The position numbers and the translations under genes were made by a program. This document shows positions 62,980 to 64,000 of a DNA stretch of 64,000 bases, piece by piece. The stretch lies in the NCBI GenBank assembly GCA_018396815.1, contig JAGTQY010000005.1, positions 7,783-71,782 on the forward strand, read 5' to 3'. The notes beneath the pieces were generated by a model. It was not told the origin of the DNA and ran no database searches. It saw nothing but the letters and a program-made list of their open reading frames with translations. Each line of letters begins with the position of its first letter. Positions within the stretch are counted from its first letter, which is position 1. The DNA is from Candidatus Bathyarchaeota archaeon (GTDB lineage Archaea; Thermoproteota; Bathyarchaeia; 40CM-2-53-6; DTDX01).

Positions 62980-63120
62980 ATGGAAAAAAGATTTGAGGAT
63001 TTAACGCATTATATTGACAAGCAAGTAGGCTTGGTTAAAAAGCTTTTAATAGGCTTTAATATTCCAATATTAGTCTCAGTTATAACAATATCAATAAGAT
63101 TTGCTTTGTTTAAAGGTTAA
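62980..63120 (+). CDS. 46-aa minimal member of the KRF tail-anchored family (below ORF-track cutoff)
   Basis: MEKRFEDLTHYIDKQVGLVKKLLIGFNIPILVSVITISIRFALFKG*. Nucleotide-level similarity to 57210-57300 and 58950-59050. Confidence 0.5.
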   Translation: MEKRFEDLTHYIDKQVGLVKKLLIGFNIPILVSVITISIRFALFKG

Positions 63121-63554
63121 TAAAAATAAATTCAGTTTACAATAAGGAAGCTGCTGTGATATCTATCGAAGGATGTGAAACAACCTAATTCTAACCTCTA
63201 TTTTAACATCCAAAACTGCTAAGCATATGTTAATAAACGATAAGCTTACCGATAAGTTAGGAGTAGTTCCTGGATTTGGGCGAGGGCTTATGAGGCTTCA
63301 AGCATAAGCTTGGAGTAAGAGTTGGAAAAGACCCTATAGCGATGATTTAGCTCAATAGAGCGTTATACAATATTGGCTTAAAGCAGCTAAATAGCATTAA
63401 AGTGTTACGTTGGTTCATCTTTAAGGGAAAGCTGTTAAGAAGAGAGATTTGAGTGAAGAAAAATCAAAGCATGCATGCAGATATGTTAAGAGGCTTCAAG
63501 GCTTTAAGAGGCGTCAAAAGCCTTCATTACCTCTTTATGCAAGCATTTTACTGC

Positions 63555-63990
63555 TTATAATTTTTTAGCGAATTCTTCTTCGCTTAATGCTTCAATTTCC
63601 TTTATTTTTTTAAAATCCGGATCATCGCTAATCACTATAGATGATTTAAGATAAGCTGTAGCTGCTATAAAGGCGTCAGCTATCGATATATCGTATTTAG
63701 CTTTAAATTCTCCTGCCTTAACCGCGGTTTCCTCGTTTATTTGAGCCTTTTCAATATAAACCGCATATCTTAAGCTTTCTATTCTAGCTTTAGCTAAATC
63801 TACTCTTCCTTCCTGCATATATTTATAGTAAATCTCAGTTAACGTAACAACGCTTATGCTCGCCTTTATTTCTCAAGCCTCTATTCTTAACAAAATTTCT
63901 TGAACAACTTCATCCTTCTTCTTGCACAAAAAGTTTGATCAAAAGTTTTGTATCTAAAATAATTTTAGGTTTATTGAATTCGCTTTTCAA
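63555..63990 (-). pseudogene. vapC: PIN-domain VapC broken by two frameshifts
   Basis: The reverse strand reads (TTG 63990) KSEFNKPKIILDTKLLIKLFVQEEG*, then DEVVQEILLRIEA*, then EIKASISVVTLTEIYYKYMQEGRV...SIADAFIAATAY...ISDDPDF across three frames. Confidence 0.6.
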
Positions 63991-64000
63991 ATTCCTTACT

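Noticed and set aside
1-64000. Looked for CRISPR arrays, rRNA genes, integrases, transposases and IS-type terminal inverted repeats
   Set aside because: I saw no regularly spaced direct repeats with unique spacers, no rRNA-like conserved stretches and no recombinase motifs. The only tandem repeats are in-frame coding repeats (56413-56706).

Overview
AT-rich archaeal chromosomal segment. The archaeal call rests on a GPN-loop GTPase, an archaeal-type tRNA, BRE/TATA-like promoter boxes, methanofuran/H4MPT cofactor genes and a PaREP1-family protein. It falls into three parts. (i) 1-26 kb is core genome. It holds a 5'-truncated four-gene cytosolic [NiFe] hydrogenase whose diaphorase subunit is a NuoF-GltD fusion, two housekeeping GTPases and tRNA-Val(UAC). 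It also holds a methanofuran + tetrahydromethanopterin biosynthesis supercluster: mfnB, MfnE/F/D-like, HisA-like, AdoMetDC-like, DHPS-like, beta-RFAP synthase and DUF447. That cluster is interrupted by a HEPN/MNT pair and flanked by solitary S-component-like transporters, including a QueT-like gene preceded by a GC-rich structured element. An alkaline-phosphatase-fold enzyme, an MgtE-like transporter, an Lrp regulator and an HMGL-family synthase complete this part. (ii) 26-53 kb is visibly GC-richer and mosaic, and encodes glycan/surface functions. It is entered through three VapBC modules plus gene debris. It contains GT2 and GT4 glycosyltransferases, a flippase, a pyruvyl transferase, a PP-loop protein, GT-C-like membrane proteins and predicted surface proteins. 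At least five genes here are frameshifted or truncated, several of them at homopolymer runs. (iii) 53-64 kb is a toxin-antitoxin-dense recombination patchwork of VapBC and HEPN/MNT modules, a PaREP1 protein, a retropepsin-like protein and a HepT fragment. Scattered fragments of a dTDP-sugar (rmlA/rmlD-like) operon lie between the modules. This part also carries an uncharacterised family of coiled-coil proteins built from mixed 7/11-residue repeats, present as one long member and several short membrane-anchored or truncated paralogs. No rRNA, CRISPR array, integrase or transposase was recognised. All functional calls are by-eye motif recognition. No database search was possible.
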